DNA from: Anaerolineales bacterium
GTDB lineage: Bacteria; Chloroflexota; Anaerolineae; Anaerolineales; E44-bin32
Length of the DNA stretch: 64,000 bases
Assembly: GCA_034430615.1 (NCBI GenBank)
Contig: DAOUEJ010000204.1
Location: 2,903 to 66,902 of the forward strand
Direction: 5' to 3'
Shown here: positions 39,028-48,349 of the stretch, one piece after another
Numbering within the stretch: the stretch's first letter is position 1
How the letters are laid out: each line of letters opens with the position of its first letter
The notes under the pieces: model-generated
Seen by the model: the letters and a program-made list of their open reading frames with translations, nothing else
Told to the model about the DNA's origin: nothing
Databases searched by the model: none
Translations under genes and position numbers: made by a program

Positions 39028-39663
39028 GTGTTAATGCCAATCGATATGTTCCCTGCAAGGTTATCCGAAGCATCCCTCTCCACCGGCATCACCTATCTTA
39101 GCCGGATCGATACAGATCTGGCCGGCAGCGTGGCCAGGCTCGGCCCACCGCCTCTCTGGGCGCGTGAACCAGGTTTTGGGACGTTGGTCCACATCATACT
39201 CGAGCAGCAGGTCTCGCTCGCATCGGCGCGTGCCGCTTTTGAAAAGCTGACCACCGCGGCAGGTGTCCTCACCCCGGCCCGTTTCCTCGGTTATTCAGAT
39301 CACGAGTTGCGGGAAATCGGGTTCAGCCGACAGAAAACGGGCTACTGTCGCGGCCTGGCCCAATCGATCATGGATGACAAGTTCGACCTTGATGCCTTGT
39401 CGGAGCTGAGCGACTCACAGGCTCGCTCCAAGCTAATCGAAATCAAGGGCATCGGTCCGTGGACGGCGGATATTTACCTGCTGATGGCTTTGCGCCGACC
39501 CGACATCTGGCCGGCGGGTGACCTGGCGCTCGCTGCGGCGGTCCAGCAGGTCAAGCAGCTGCCTGCCCTTCCAGACCAGGAGGAGCTGCACGAGATTGCT
39601 GCAGGTTGGCAACCCTGGCGTGCGGTCGCCGCCCGCATCCTGTGGCATCATTACCTGAGTTGA
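39028..39663 (+). CDS. alkA: DNA-3-methyladenine glycosylase II (HhH-GPD superfamily, short AlkA type)
   Basis: HhH-GPD region IKGIGPWTADIYLLMAL...WPAGDLAL with the catalytic Asp. Confidence 0.75.
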   Translation: MLMPIDMFPARLSEASLSTGITYLSRIDTDLAGSVARLGPPPLWAREPGFGTLVHIILEQQVSLASARAAFEKLTTAAGVLTPARFLGYSDHELREIGFSRQKTGYCRGLAQSIMDDKFDLDALSELSDSQARSKLIEIKGIGPWTADIYLLMALRRPDIWPAGDLALAAAVQQVKQLPALPDQEELHEIAAGWQPWRAVAARILWHHYLS

Positions 39664-39757
39664 ACAATGTTTTGTAATGCTGACAAGATCAACCGCACAT
39701 CCCAGTCTTAAAGCACACTTTGCCGGAACTTCGATCAAGTGCTGATAAGCAATCAAG

Positions 39758-40084
39758 ATGAGCACAGGAGGTCTTCCCATGACGACGAACTTCCAACCCC
39801 CGGCCAACTGCAGCAAGTACGGCGGCTCCACGGAAGAGGGCCTGGCGGTCGACAACAGCAAAACCGTCCCGGCCGGCTACCCGGCCTACGGGGTACGTGT
39901 CAAGCTGGGCGGCAGTGCCTCCTGGTGGAGGATCGTGCCCAAGGATTCCGGATCGAAACCCGTGAACAGTATCCTGGGCGAATCGCTTGAAGCGGACATG
40001 GTGCTGGCCGGCGAGCCGATCCAGATCTTCAGCTACCACTGCGTGGATTGCGGCTTCCTGGAGGCCTACGCGCCTGAGGTCTGA
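39758..40084 (+). CDS. Hypothetical zinc-ribbon-like protein
   Basis: 108 aa. N-terminal CSKYGG and C-terminal HCVDCGFLEAY half-motifs flank a beta-rich middle. Confidence 0.4.
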   Translation: MSTGGLPMTTNFQPPANCSKYGGSTEEGLAVDNSKTVPAGYPAYGVRVKLGGSASWWRIVPKDSGSKPVNSILGESLEADMVLAGEPIQIFSYHCVDCGFLEAYAPEV

Positions 40085-40123
40085 GCAGCTTTGCTCTCAA
40101 GTACAGGAGCTTATCGAGTATGA

Positions 40124-40387
40124 ATGCCTGGAGTCTGGCGTGTGACTTCTCAAACTGATCTGGTCGATCTCGTATTTGAACGCCTCTTCGGAGCGCACCC
40201 GGATGCGGCCGAGTTGCGGAACCTGCTCGATACAGTTGGCGATCCACCCAGCCCGCGCTTGCAGTTGGCGGTCCTCAAGATGAGCGAGGGTGATCCGCAG
40301 AAACTCAAACAGAATATCGAGCTCGCCCGTATCGACTACCGCGATGTGCTGGCCTACGCCGAGTACCCGCAAGAGAAGCGTACCTGA
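40124..40387 (+). CDS. Hypothetical protein
   Basis: 87-aa ORF with plausible composition and no recognisable family. A further 27-codon ORF continues in the same frame after the TGA. Confidence 0.3.
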   Translation: MPGVWRVTSQTDLVDLVFERLFGAHPDAAELRNLLDTVGDPPSPRLQLAVLKMSEGDPQKLKQNIELARIDYRDVLAYAEYPQEKRT

Positions 40388-40593
40388 CCTTCGAAGATGA
40401 ATATGGCCGCGAGCGATCTCAACCAGATCCGCCGCCGTGACCGCCAGCAGTACGGAGCCTGGCTGGCAACATTTACCTGATCAGGTTCTGACAGAACCTG
40501 GCCCGAACCCCGCTTGCTATCAAGGACACTACATCCTCGGCTCTTCCCCCGACTCGATCCAGCACAATCACAAATATCCCTTAGAATTGGCTC

Positions 40594-40624
40594 TTGACAC
40601 TGACGTAACGTTATAGTTTAGGAT
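40594..40624 (+). promoter_or_regulatory. MerR-type promoter with 19-nt spacer (TTGACA-N19-TAGGAT) and internal palindrome
   Basis: ttgaca at 40594-40599, taggat at 40619-40624, spacer ctgacgtaacgttatagtt contains the palindrome taacgtta. Lies 19 nt upstream of the MerR-family gene. Confidence 0.55.
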
Positions 40625-40642
40625 ACGTCCCTGGAAGCTTCC

Positions 40643-41398
40643 ATGGGTGAGTACACGGTTAGCCAGCTGGCGGAGCTGGCCGGGGTGAGCGTGCGCACGC
40701 TGCATCATTTCGACCAGATCGGGCTGCTCAAGCCCACCCGGCGCACCCCGGCTGGGATACCGGGTGTACGGACGGGCCGAGCTCCTGCGGCTGCAGCAGA
40801 TCCTGCTCTTCCGCGAGTTCGAGATGCCGCTGGCCGAGATCCAAGCCCAGATCAAAGCACCGGACTTCGACCCGCTGGCCGCCCTCCAGCAACACCGCCA
40901 AGCGCTCGTACGACGCCAAGGCCAGTTGGGGCACTTGATCGAGACGGTCGACCGGCGATTGAGGAACTACGAGAGGACGAGATGAGTTTATCGGACGAAG
41001 AACTGTACACTGGTCTCACACCGGATCAGGCTGAAAGCTATCCGCGCCAGGCACGTGAACGCTGGGGTGAAGAACGTGTGACCGAAGTCGAGGATAAGGT
41101 GCGCAAGCTTTCGAAGGAACAGTGGGCCCGGATCGGTCAGCAGGGCGAGGATGCCACGCAGGCTATGGCCGCGCTGATCGGCCGACCAGCGGATGATAAC
41201 GAGGTCCAGGCGGCGATATCTCAGCACCATGTGTGGATCGAGAACTTCTATCCGGCGCCGGCCGAGGTCTATCGCGGGTTGGGGACGATGTACGTCGAAC
41301 ACCCCGAATTCCGCAAGTTCTACGAAGACCATGCTGAGGGTCTGGCCGGATTCATGCGGGCGGCGATCGAGGTTTACTGCGAGCGCAACCTTTCGTGA
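40643..41398 (+). pseudogene. TipA-like MerR-family regulator (HTH_MerR plus TipAS antibiotic-recognition domain) carrying two compensating frameshifts
   Basis: N-terminal YTVSQLAELAGVSVRTLHHFDQIGLLKPTRRTPAG in the frame of 40643. The MerR continuation YRVYGRAELLRLQQILLFREFEMPLAEIQ...LIETVDR is in the frame of ORF 40764..40985. The TipAS part (MSLSDEELYTGLT...) is back in the first frame. Confidence 0.7.
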
Positions 41399-41454
41399 AC
41401 CACCAGGACGAGAGGCGATAGGGGTGAGCCGACTGTCATCGCGAACCCGCCCCC

Positions 41455-41594
41455 TCTGTCATTCTAAGTCCAACGTGTGAGGAATCCCCATAATGGCTCA
41501 AGGGAACGGATCGAGCATCCCCGTGCTCACGTACCGAGCCGCCTCGCGCATCATCTCGGGGATCCCTCGTCGCCTTGCTCCTCGGGATGATATC
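41455..41594. repeat. MITE-like element, dispersed copy B (140 nt)
   Basis: 5' arm tgtcattctaagtccaacgtgtgaggaatccccataatg and 3' arm ggggatccctcgtcgccttgctcctcgggatga, same family as copy A and the 51.8-52.3 kb trio. Confidence 0.7.
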
Positions 41595-41672
41595 GAAATG
41601 CATTCCCCTCGCTAATATCCATCCAAATCACTCTTTTCGGTTACACTTGGCGCTCAACGAGAAGCCACCTGT

Positions 41673-42323
41673 ATGAAATCGGTAGCTTCATGTTTCGAGG
41701 ATGAAACCCTGACCGGCGAACAAGGCTTTTCACATATGCTCATCCGCAAGAACCCGTTCACATACGCTCTAGGCCGGCTGTGGATGCGCATATTCGGCTG
41801 GACCGTGGCGGGCGAGCTGCCGCCGGGCGGGAAAGCAGTGCTCATCGCCGCGCCGCATACCAGCAATTGGGATTTCACATTCATGCTGGCAGCCGCGTTC
41901 GTCCTGCGTGTGAAACTCTCCTGGATGGGCAAGGACAGCCTCTTCAAGCGTCCTTTTGGTAGGCTTCTCCGCCGGCTGGGCGGCATCCCCATCAATCGCT
42001 CCGCCGCGCACGGCGTCGTCGAACAAATCGCCGATCGCTTCAAGCAGGCGCAGGCGATGATTATCGCCGTTGCACCGTCTGGCACCCGTGCCCACCGCGA
42101 CTACTGGAAATCCGGCTTCTACTGGATCGCCGCCCAGACCCAGGTCCCGATCATTTGTGGTTACCTTGATTATGCGCGAAAGCAAGCCGGGCTCGGACTC
42201 TCGCTTATCCCCTCGCATGATCTACGCGCCGACATGGATCGCATCCGCGCTTTCTATCAAGACATCCGCGGCCGCTACCCCGAGTTGGAGACGACCATCC
42301 GCTTGCTCGATGAATCGGCCTGA
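41673..42323 (+). CDS. Lysophospholipid/1-acyl-glycerol-3-phosphate acyltransferase family protein
   Basis: HX4D motif APHTSNWD. Later GTR (PSGTRA) motif. Confidence 0.8.
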   Translation: MKSVASCFEDETLTGEQGFSHMLIRKNPFTYALGRLWMRIFGWTVAGELPPGGKAVLIAAPHTSNWDFTFMLAAAFVLRVKLSWMGKDSLFKRPFGRLLRRLGGIPINRSAAHGVVEQIADRFKQAQAMIIAVAPSGTRAHRDYWKSGFYWIAAQTQVPIICGYLDYARKQAGLGLSLIPSHDLRADMDRIRAFYQDIRGRYPELETTIRLLDESA

Positions 42324-42430
42324 GCACGAATTCGATCCAACCCACCAACCCTCGACCTCCTTGCACAATCCATCCACATCACGGCGTTATAGGCGATATA
42401 CTTTCCTCATCACTCAAAGGTAGGGTATCT

Positions 42431-43315
42431 ATGAAGATCGGTCTGCAAATTCCGCGCTTTAACTGGCCCGGGGCACCCGCAAACACGGCTTCCACCTTGA
42501 CCGGGATTGCCCGCGCAGCTGAGGCAGGCGGGTTCTCCAGCCTGTGGGTCATGGATCACTACTATCAGATTGCGCCCGGTCTGGGTGCAGCCGATGATCC
42601 CATGCTCGAGGGCTACAGCGTCCTGAACTACCTGGCGGGTATGACCGAGAAGTTGACACTCGGCACTCTCGTGAGCGGGGTGATTTACCGCCAGCCAGCC
42701 TACCTGGTAAAAACGGCCACCGCCCTCGATGTGCTCTCCAACGGCCGGGCTGTATTCGGTGTCGGGGCAGGCTGGTACGAACAGGAAGCACATGGGATGG
42801 GGTTTAACTTCCCATCGACTCGTGAGCGCTTCGAACGCCTGGAGGAGACCTTGCAGATCGCCCTCCAGATGTGGGCCGACGACCGCACACCTTTCACCGG
42901 TCGTCACTACCAACTGGCGGCGCCGATCAACAGTCCGCAGCCGCTCTCACAACCACATCCACCGATCATGATCGGTGGCATGGGGGAACATAAGACGCTG
43001 CGGCTCGTGGCCCAATATGGCGATGCGTGCAACCTGTTCATGCGGGCTGGCAGCGACACGCTGCGCAACAAGCTGGATGTGCTCCGCAACCACTGCCTTG
43101 ACCTGGGCCGGCCGTACGAAGCGATCGAACGCACAACCCTGGGAACCGTCCACCTGGCGCCGAGCGAGATGAGCGCTGACGAGATCCTTGCCTCCCTTCA
43201 GGAGTTGAGCGAGATCGGTATCCAGCACGCCATCTTCAACATGCCCAACCTGCATGAGATCAAACCGCTCGAGATCTTTGGCGAGCAAATCATCCCACAA
43301 GCAGCAGAATTGTAA
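42431..43315 (+). CDS. Luciferase-like (LLM class) F420-dependent oxidoreductase
   Basis: 294 aa. FSSLWVMDH, GRAVFGVGAGW and HPPIMIGGMGE stretches typical of the TIGR03560-type LLM family. Confidence 0.85.
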   Translation: MKIGLQIPRFNWPGAPANTASTLTGIARAAEAGGFSSLWVMDHYYQIAPGLGAADDPMLEGYSVLNYLAGMTEKLTLGTLVSGVIYRQPAYLVKTATALDVLSNGRAVFGVGAGWYEQEAHGMGFNFPSTRERFERLEETLQIALQMWADDRTPFTGRHYQLAAPINSPQPLSQPHPPIMIGGMGEHKTLRLVAQYGDACNLFMRAGSDTLRNKLDVLRNHCLDLGRPYEAIERTTLGTVHLAPSEMSADEILASLQELSEIGIQHAIFNMPNLHEIKPLEIFGEQIIPQAAEL

Positions 43316-43346
43316 CGGTCAAAGAATTATCTCGAGAAGCACTGGT

Positions 43347-43736
43347 ATGAGCCTATCATTTGAAATCTCGGCCACGCTGCCCGCGAGTCCCAAGCGGGTG
43401 TATGACGCCTGGCTGGATTCGCAGTCGCACAGCGCCATGACCGGCGCGGGCGCAATCGTCAGCCATGAGCCAGGTGGAAGTTTCCAGGCCTGGGACGGGT
43501 ATATCGAAGGCAGGAATCTTGAATTGGAGCCGGGTCGACGGATTGTGCAGGCGTGGCGCACGGTTGAATTTGCAGCCGATGAGCCGGACTCGAACCTTGA
43601 GCTCGCATTCGAGGCTGCGGAGGGTGGAACGCTGTTAACGCTTCGGCACAGCAACCTGCCTGCCCACGGCATGCAGTATAAGGATGGCTGGCGCGAGAAC
43701 TACTTTGAACCCATGCAAACCTATTTCGGTGCCTGA
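43347..43736 (+). CDS. SRPBCC/AHSA1-domain protein
   Basis: Trimmed to MSLSFEISATLPASPKRVYDAWLDS. C-terminal WRENYFEPMQTYF typical of Aha1-like START-fold proteins. Confidence 0.8.
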   Translation: MSLSFEISATLPASPKRVYDAWLDSQSHSAMTGAGAIVSHEPGGSFQAWDGYIEGRNLELEPGRRIVQAWRTVEFAADEPDSNLELAFEAAEGGTLLTLRHSNLPAHGMQYKDGWRENYFEPMQTYFGA

Positions 43737-43827
43737 CGGCTATAGCCTTTCTAGCAGGATGGAACATTGGCTTCCTGATAGAGACATTTGCCTGCCAGAA
43801 CACCCAGTAGTCTTGATTTCATAGGAT

Positions 43828-44277
43828 ATGAATCCCATGCAGAAAAAACTTGCACTCCTGATCCCCACTCTAACCATGCTCCTTGCGGCTTGCTCCTCTC
43901 CTACCCCCGTACTCCTGATCCCCAGCCCGGCTCCAACATTGACCAGCCCCCCCTCACTGGCCACTCCCTATGCGAACATGCCGGCAGCCGGGATCTGCGG
44001 CTCCTTTGAAGGCTACAGGGTCACGATCAGTATCGAACCGGGGATCGCCAACCCGCGCTGCGTTCAGGTCACTGCCAGCCAGATATTTACCGTTGTGAAC
44101 GTAACCGAAGGTCCGATCGATGTGTCACTAGGGACGTTTCAGGCTACGCTCGCACCCGGGCAATCCATCGACATCGATAAACCCTTCGGCGACTACCTGG
44201 CCAAGGGTGTCCATCTTCTGGGTGTTTCGCCGTGCTGCGGCGCCGAGCTTGTACTGGGGATCGATCTCAATTCATGA
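43828..44277 (+). CDS. Hypothetical lipoprotein
   Basis: Lipobox LLAACSS, Pro/Ser/Thr linker, then a roughly 90-aa beta-rich domain. Confidence 0.5.
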   Translation: MNPMQKKLALLIPTLTMLLAACSSPTPVLLIPSPAPTLTSPPSLATPYANMPAAGICGSFEGYRVTISIEPGIANPRCVQVTASQIFTVVNVTEGPIDVSLGTFQATLAPGQSIDIDKPFGDYLAKGVHLLGVSPCCGAELVLGIDLNS

Positions 44278-44820
44278 TCGCAGGGTGAATCGTTAGGCAC
44301 GAATTTCTCGATAGATTGTTGCCATAAAAGATGAACAATGGATACCAGGCCAATATCAAAACCTTACTCACGCCTGGCTGGGCCTCTCGAAGGAACCAAT
44401 CGCCTCCATCACACGGCGTTTCATACGATGGATGGCACTGATCCAGAATGGCCGCTCTAGTACGCGAAATTCCTGCCAGAACCCCTGTCGGCCTTGGGTA
44501 TCCTCAACCACCCTCACCAGAAATCCTGGCTGCTGTGATTGAGGAGCTCGATGCGAACTATCCTTTACAAGAAAGGGAAGACGCGTGGTCCACGTTCTAC
44601 GCGCATGGGTTGATCGACTTCTTCGGGCAATGATGCTCGCCCGCTGGACATCGCCCAACCAGTTTGACACCGTCGCCTGAATTCGGCTAAACTTCGCCCC
44701 ATTCACCACCAGTGGGGGATTATCTAGCATGCTCTGTTCGCATCCCAGATCATTCTGCTTCCAACCGACCGTCGACCGATGGTACGCGTAGACGAGGGAC
44801 ATACACCCCGGTTCAAGGGC

Positions 44821-46143
44821 ATGCAGGCTTTTTACGTCCTTTGGGGCGGTCAATTCATTTCGATCTTCGCCTCCCAGATGACATCTTTTGTCATCACGCT
44901 GTGGGCGTGGGAGCTTACAGGGTCCGCTACAGCATTGGTCCTGGTGGGTATTGCCTCCCTCGTGCCACGCACGATTCTCAGTCCATTCGCAGGAACGCTC
45001 GTCGATCGATGGAATCGGAAATTGATGATGGTCGTCTCAGACGGTGGCGCAGCCCTGGCTACCGCATTCCTGTTCATAATGTTCGTCACGGGAAAGGCTG
45101 AAATCTGGCATCTTTACCTGGCCGGCGCGTTCGCCGGATCGTTCAGCGCTTTCCAGTACCCCGCCACATCTGCTGCGATCACGACGCTCGCCCCCCAGGA
45201 CCAACTCGCCCGCGCCAACAGCATGAATTCACTCATCTCATCAGCTTCCGGCATAGGTGCACCTTTGCTCGCTGGTGGGTTGGTGGCTCTGCTCAACATG
45301 ACCGGAATCCTGCTCATCGATCTGATCACTTTTCTCATTGCACTGGGTACGCTTCTACTAATCCATATCCCTCAGCCCGAGGCGACACGGGAAGGCGAAG
45401 TGGGCCGTGGTTCAGTCTGGCAGGAGACCGCTCAGGGTTACCGCTACATCAGGACCCGCGCCAGCCTGGTGGGGATCTTTCTGCTATTCATGGTTCACAA
45501 CATCGCGGCCGGCTTCATCCTCCCCTTGATCAACCCCATGGTGCTCGCCCGCTCAGGCAATGATGCCGCCAGCCTTGGTTTGGTTCGCTCGGCGGGTTCC
45601 TTTGGTTTCCTTGCCGGCGGGCTGCTGTTAACAATCTGGAAGGGTCCCAGGAAGCGTATCATAGGCGTGAATACAGGATTCGTCGTCACTGGCATATCTG
45701 GCGCGATCTTGCTCGGTGTTGGTCAGGGCCGGGTGACCTGGATGACCGGCTTCTTCGTCTTCGGGATGGCGATCACGATCATCAATTCACTCTACATCGC
45801 CATTTTGCAGACCAAGGTTGAACCCGATATACAGGGTCGCATTTTTGGTCTCGAGTTCCTGGTTTCAGCAGCTTTCTACCCAATCGGGCAGCTTGCCGCA
45901 GGGATTAGCGCAGATCGCTGGGTCGAGCCTGCCATGCAAGCAGGCGGCAGCCTGGCGCCAACCTTCGGTTGGTTGGTTGGGACCGGTCCTGGCTCAGGCC
46001 TGGGGTTGTTGATGCTGGCAGGTGGGTTGGCCGCCATTGCCGTAGGAGCAGCGGGCTTTGTCATACGGCCCATCCGAGATATTGAAACCCTGCTGCCCGA
46101 CTACGAACCGGGGGATTCTCCATTTTCAGAGTCCACCCACTGA
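44821..46143 (+). CDS. MFS transporter (EntS/MFS_3-like, 12 TM)
   Basis: Trimmed to MQAFYVLWGGQFISIFASQM. GTLVDRWNRK loop 2-3 motif. Confidence 0.85.
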   Translation: MQAFYVLWGGQFISIFASQMTSFVITLWAWELTGSATALVLVGIASLVPRTILSPFAGTLVDRWNRKLMMVVSDGGAALATAFLFIMFVTGKAEIWHLYLAGAFAGSFSAFQYPATSAAITTLAPQDQLARANSMNSLISSASGIGAPLLAGGLVALLNMTGILLIDLITFLIALGTLLLIHIPQPEATREGEVGRGSVWQETAQGYRYIRTRASLVGIFLLFMVHNIAAGFILPLINPMVLARSGNDAASLGLVRSAGSFGFLAGGLLLTIWKGPRKRIIGVNTGFVVTGISGAILLGVGQGRVTWMTGFFVFGMAITIINSLYIAILQTKVEPDIQGRIFGLEFLVSAAFYPIGQLAAGISADRWVEPAMQAGGSLAPTFGWLVGTGPGSGLGLLMLAGGLAAIAVGAAGFVIRPIRDIETLLPDYEPGDSPFSESTH

Positions 46144-46354
46144 AGCGGGTAGTATGCGCGGCGTACATACCTCCGCCCGGGTTGGCCGGGCTACCTAGCA
46201 ATTGCCTCGCAAGAACACCAAACTCAATCCCGGATAACCCGGCATATGGATGGCAAAGCCCTCCATCCTCCGGAGCACCCCAATTTCCATTAGAATAGTG
46301 CTGGGAATGTATGCCCGGCCAGTACGAAAATCGAGGGTACCCACAAACTAAGCC

Positions 46355-47341
46355 ATGCCCACCAATCTGACCCCCGAATACTATAAGACAGAAGAACGCT
46401 TCCGAGAAGCTACGACTAACGAGGAAAAGATCTCGTTGCTCGAGGATATGCTCAGTTTAATCCCCAAGCACAAAGGCACCGACCACCTGCGCGCCGACCT
46501 GCGCCGCAAGCTCTCCAAGCTAAAAATCGCCCCCGGTGGTAAGAGCAAGATCAGCCGGCATGCCTCTGTTTTCCATATCGATCCTGAAGGTGCAGGGCAG
46601 GTCGCGATCATCGGCCCGGCCAACACTGGCAAATCAGCACTGGTGGACGCGCTGACCAATGCTGAACCGGAGGTCGCAGAGTACCCCTTCACCACACGCA
46701 AACCCACACCGGGTATGATGCAGATCGATAATATCCAGGTCCAGCTCATCGATACACCTCCCCTCGATCGCGAGATGGTGGAACCCGAGTTGATCGACCT
46801 GATCCGTCGTGTTGATCTTGTGCTGCTCGTCGTCGATCTACAGGGATTCCCCGTTGAACAGGTCGAACAAACCGTCGCCTTTCTCGAGCAAAATCGCATC
46901 GTCCCCGCCAGCCGCCGGGACGAATTTCCGCAGGACCGGCGCTGGTCCTATCCCCCCCTCATCATCCTTGTCAACAAGGTTGACGATGAAAGCTTCGATG
47001 ATGATTACCAGGCCTTCTGCGAACTGCTGGCAGGCGAATGGACTACGATCCCGATCTCGGTCCTCGGTGAGCGTGGCATCGACTCCATGAAGCAGGCCGT
47101 CTTCGACAAGTTGGAATTGATCCGGGTTTACTCAAAAGCGCCGGGCAAAGAACCCGACCGCAACTCACCCTTCGTGATGAACCGCGGCGGCACAGTGGAA
47201 GAATTCGCGGCCAAGATCCACCAGGATTTCTCTAAGAACCTCAAAATGGCCCGGGTCTGGGGGAGCGGTGAATTCGAAGGCCAGATGGTCAGCCGTGACT
47301 ACGAACTGCATGATGGCGACGTGGTAGAACTGCGGATCTAG
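46355..47341 (+). CDS. DRG/Rbg-like Obg-family GTPase with C-terminal TGS domain
   Basis: N-terminal helical KHKGTDHLRADLRRKLSKLK, G1 GPANTGKS, G2 YPFTT, G4 NKVD, C-terminal TGS (HDGDVVELRI). G3 reads DTPP rather than DxxG. Confidence 0.8.
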   Translation: MPTNLTPEYYKTEERFREATTNEEKISLLEDMLSLIPKHKGTDHLRADLRRKLSKLKIAPGGKSKISRHASVFHIDPEGAGQVAIIGPANTGKSALVDALTNAEPEVAEYPFTTRKPTPGMMQIDNIQVQLIDTPPLDREMVEPELIDLIRRVDLVLLVVDLQGFPVEQVEQTVAFLEQNRIVPASRRDEFPQDRRWSYPPLIILVNKVDDESFDDDYQAFCELLAGEWTTIPISVLGERGIDSMKQAVFDKLELIRVYSKAPGKEPDRNSPFVMNRGGTVEEFAAKIHQDFSKNLKMARVWGSGEFEGQMVSRDYELHDGDVVELRI

Positions 47342-47400
47342 TTCTACCCCCATTGCTACAACCGGCAAAATGAACCCGGGTGTTCGAACGCGAGTAAAAA

Positions 47401-48123
47401 GTGTGCGCGGCAAAGGTGCTCATGAACTCCGACTTCGATTTCGAACAGGCCTGGCAGAAGAAGCTCTCCGCAGCGCTGGATGCCGCCGCTGGAGAAGAAA
47501 TCCGCATCTCGATCACGAGCGGTGGCGATTTGCTCAGCGATACCTCCGACCGAATTGAAGTTATTCACTGGACCCAGGGACTTGTGCAGCGCAGCGAAGC
47601 CCTGCTCGATCCGGAGCAGCAGGCAGAAGTCTTCAGCGCGTGTGCCTGCCGCTATCCTGCCGATCAGCTCCAGACACTGCGCGAAGCCTATGCGGCAGAT
47701 GGCGACCTGGATTTTGTGCTTGAGGAACTACAGAAGCGATTCGTCCGGTTCCTGAGCGAAGACCTGGAGTTACCGCCGGAAAAGGTCGAAGATGTCGTCA
47801 ACCGCGGCTGGGGTCTGGCCGGTCAGCGGCAGGGCATGACGATTTACGCGACGAAGATCCCCAAGAGCGGCTACCTGCAAGCCTACCTGGAGGAACCGGA
47901 TCCCGAACGTCGACGAGCGATGTACTGCCACTGCACTCGTGTGCGGGATGCGGTCGCCGCTGGTGCTGCGATCCCGGCCACCTATTGCTACTGCGGCGCC
48001 GGCTACTACAAGGCGATATGGGAGATGATCATCGATCAGCCCGTCCGGGTTGAGGTCGTGAGCAGCGTCCTGGCCGGTGACGATACCTGCACGGTGGCCA
48101 TCTATCTCCCCCAGAAATCCTGA
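47401..48123 (+). CDS. Cys-rich hypothetical protein (DUF6144-like by eye)
   Basis: Cys motifs ACACRYP, YCHCTRV, YCYCGAGYYK, DDTCTV. The start may be ATG 47422. Confidence 0.45.
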   Translation: MCAAKVLMNSDFDFEQAWQKKLSAALDAAAGEEIRISITSGGDLLSDTSDRIEVIHWTQGLVQRSEALLDPEQQAEVFSACACRYPADQLQTLREAYAADGDLDFVLEELQKRFVRFLSEDLELPPEKVEDVVNRGWGLAGQRQGMTIYATKIPKSGYLQAYLEEPDPERRRAMYCHCTRVRDAVAAGAAIPATYCYCGAGYYKAIWEMIIDQPVRVEVVSSVLAGDDTCTVAIYLPQKS

Positions 48124-48349
48124 CCTCGTTACAGCCTGAAAAGATTTAATAAACAACGAGCCTGAGGAGGGCGATCAAGTGTCCTCATCCCCCTTGAATG
48201 ACTTGGGCGATCTTTTCTAACGTTTATTAGACCAGGCACTTGCAGTTATGCACAAAGCAATACAAACCTGACTTTGTCATTAAAGTGCTGTTCATTGCCC
48301 ATTCGAAATTCAGTGGCTGATACAATGCCAATAGCTCTAGGAGGTTGCC

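Noticed and set aside
40385-40480. In-frame TGA ending ORF 40124..40387, followed in the same frame by a further 27 codons (MNMAASDLNQIRRRDRQQYGAWLATFT). Possible selenocysteine, readthrough or nonsense mutation.
   Set aside because: I can see no SECIS-like hairpin just downstream, and no redox motif surrounds the TGA. The protein family is unknown, so there is no basis to call recoding. It may be a nonsense mutation or two small ORFs; a homologue alignment is needed.
44368-44853. 161-aa ORF on the minus strand upstream of, and overlapping, the MFS gene start. A 61-aa + strand ORF at 44448..44633 lies in the same region.
   Set aside because: The minus-strand ORF is Arg/Ser-rich, has no motif and overlaps the MFS start. 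The 61-aa ORF looks more protein-like (EILAAVIEELDANYPLQEREDAWSTFYAHGLIDFF), but I cannot assign it or see an RBS. Both are left uncalled.
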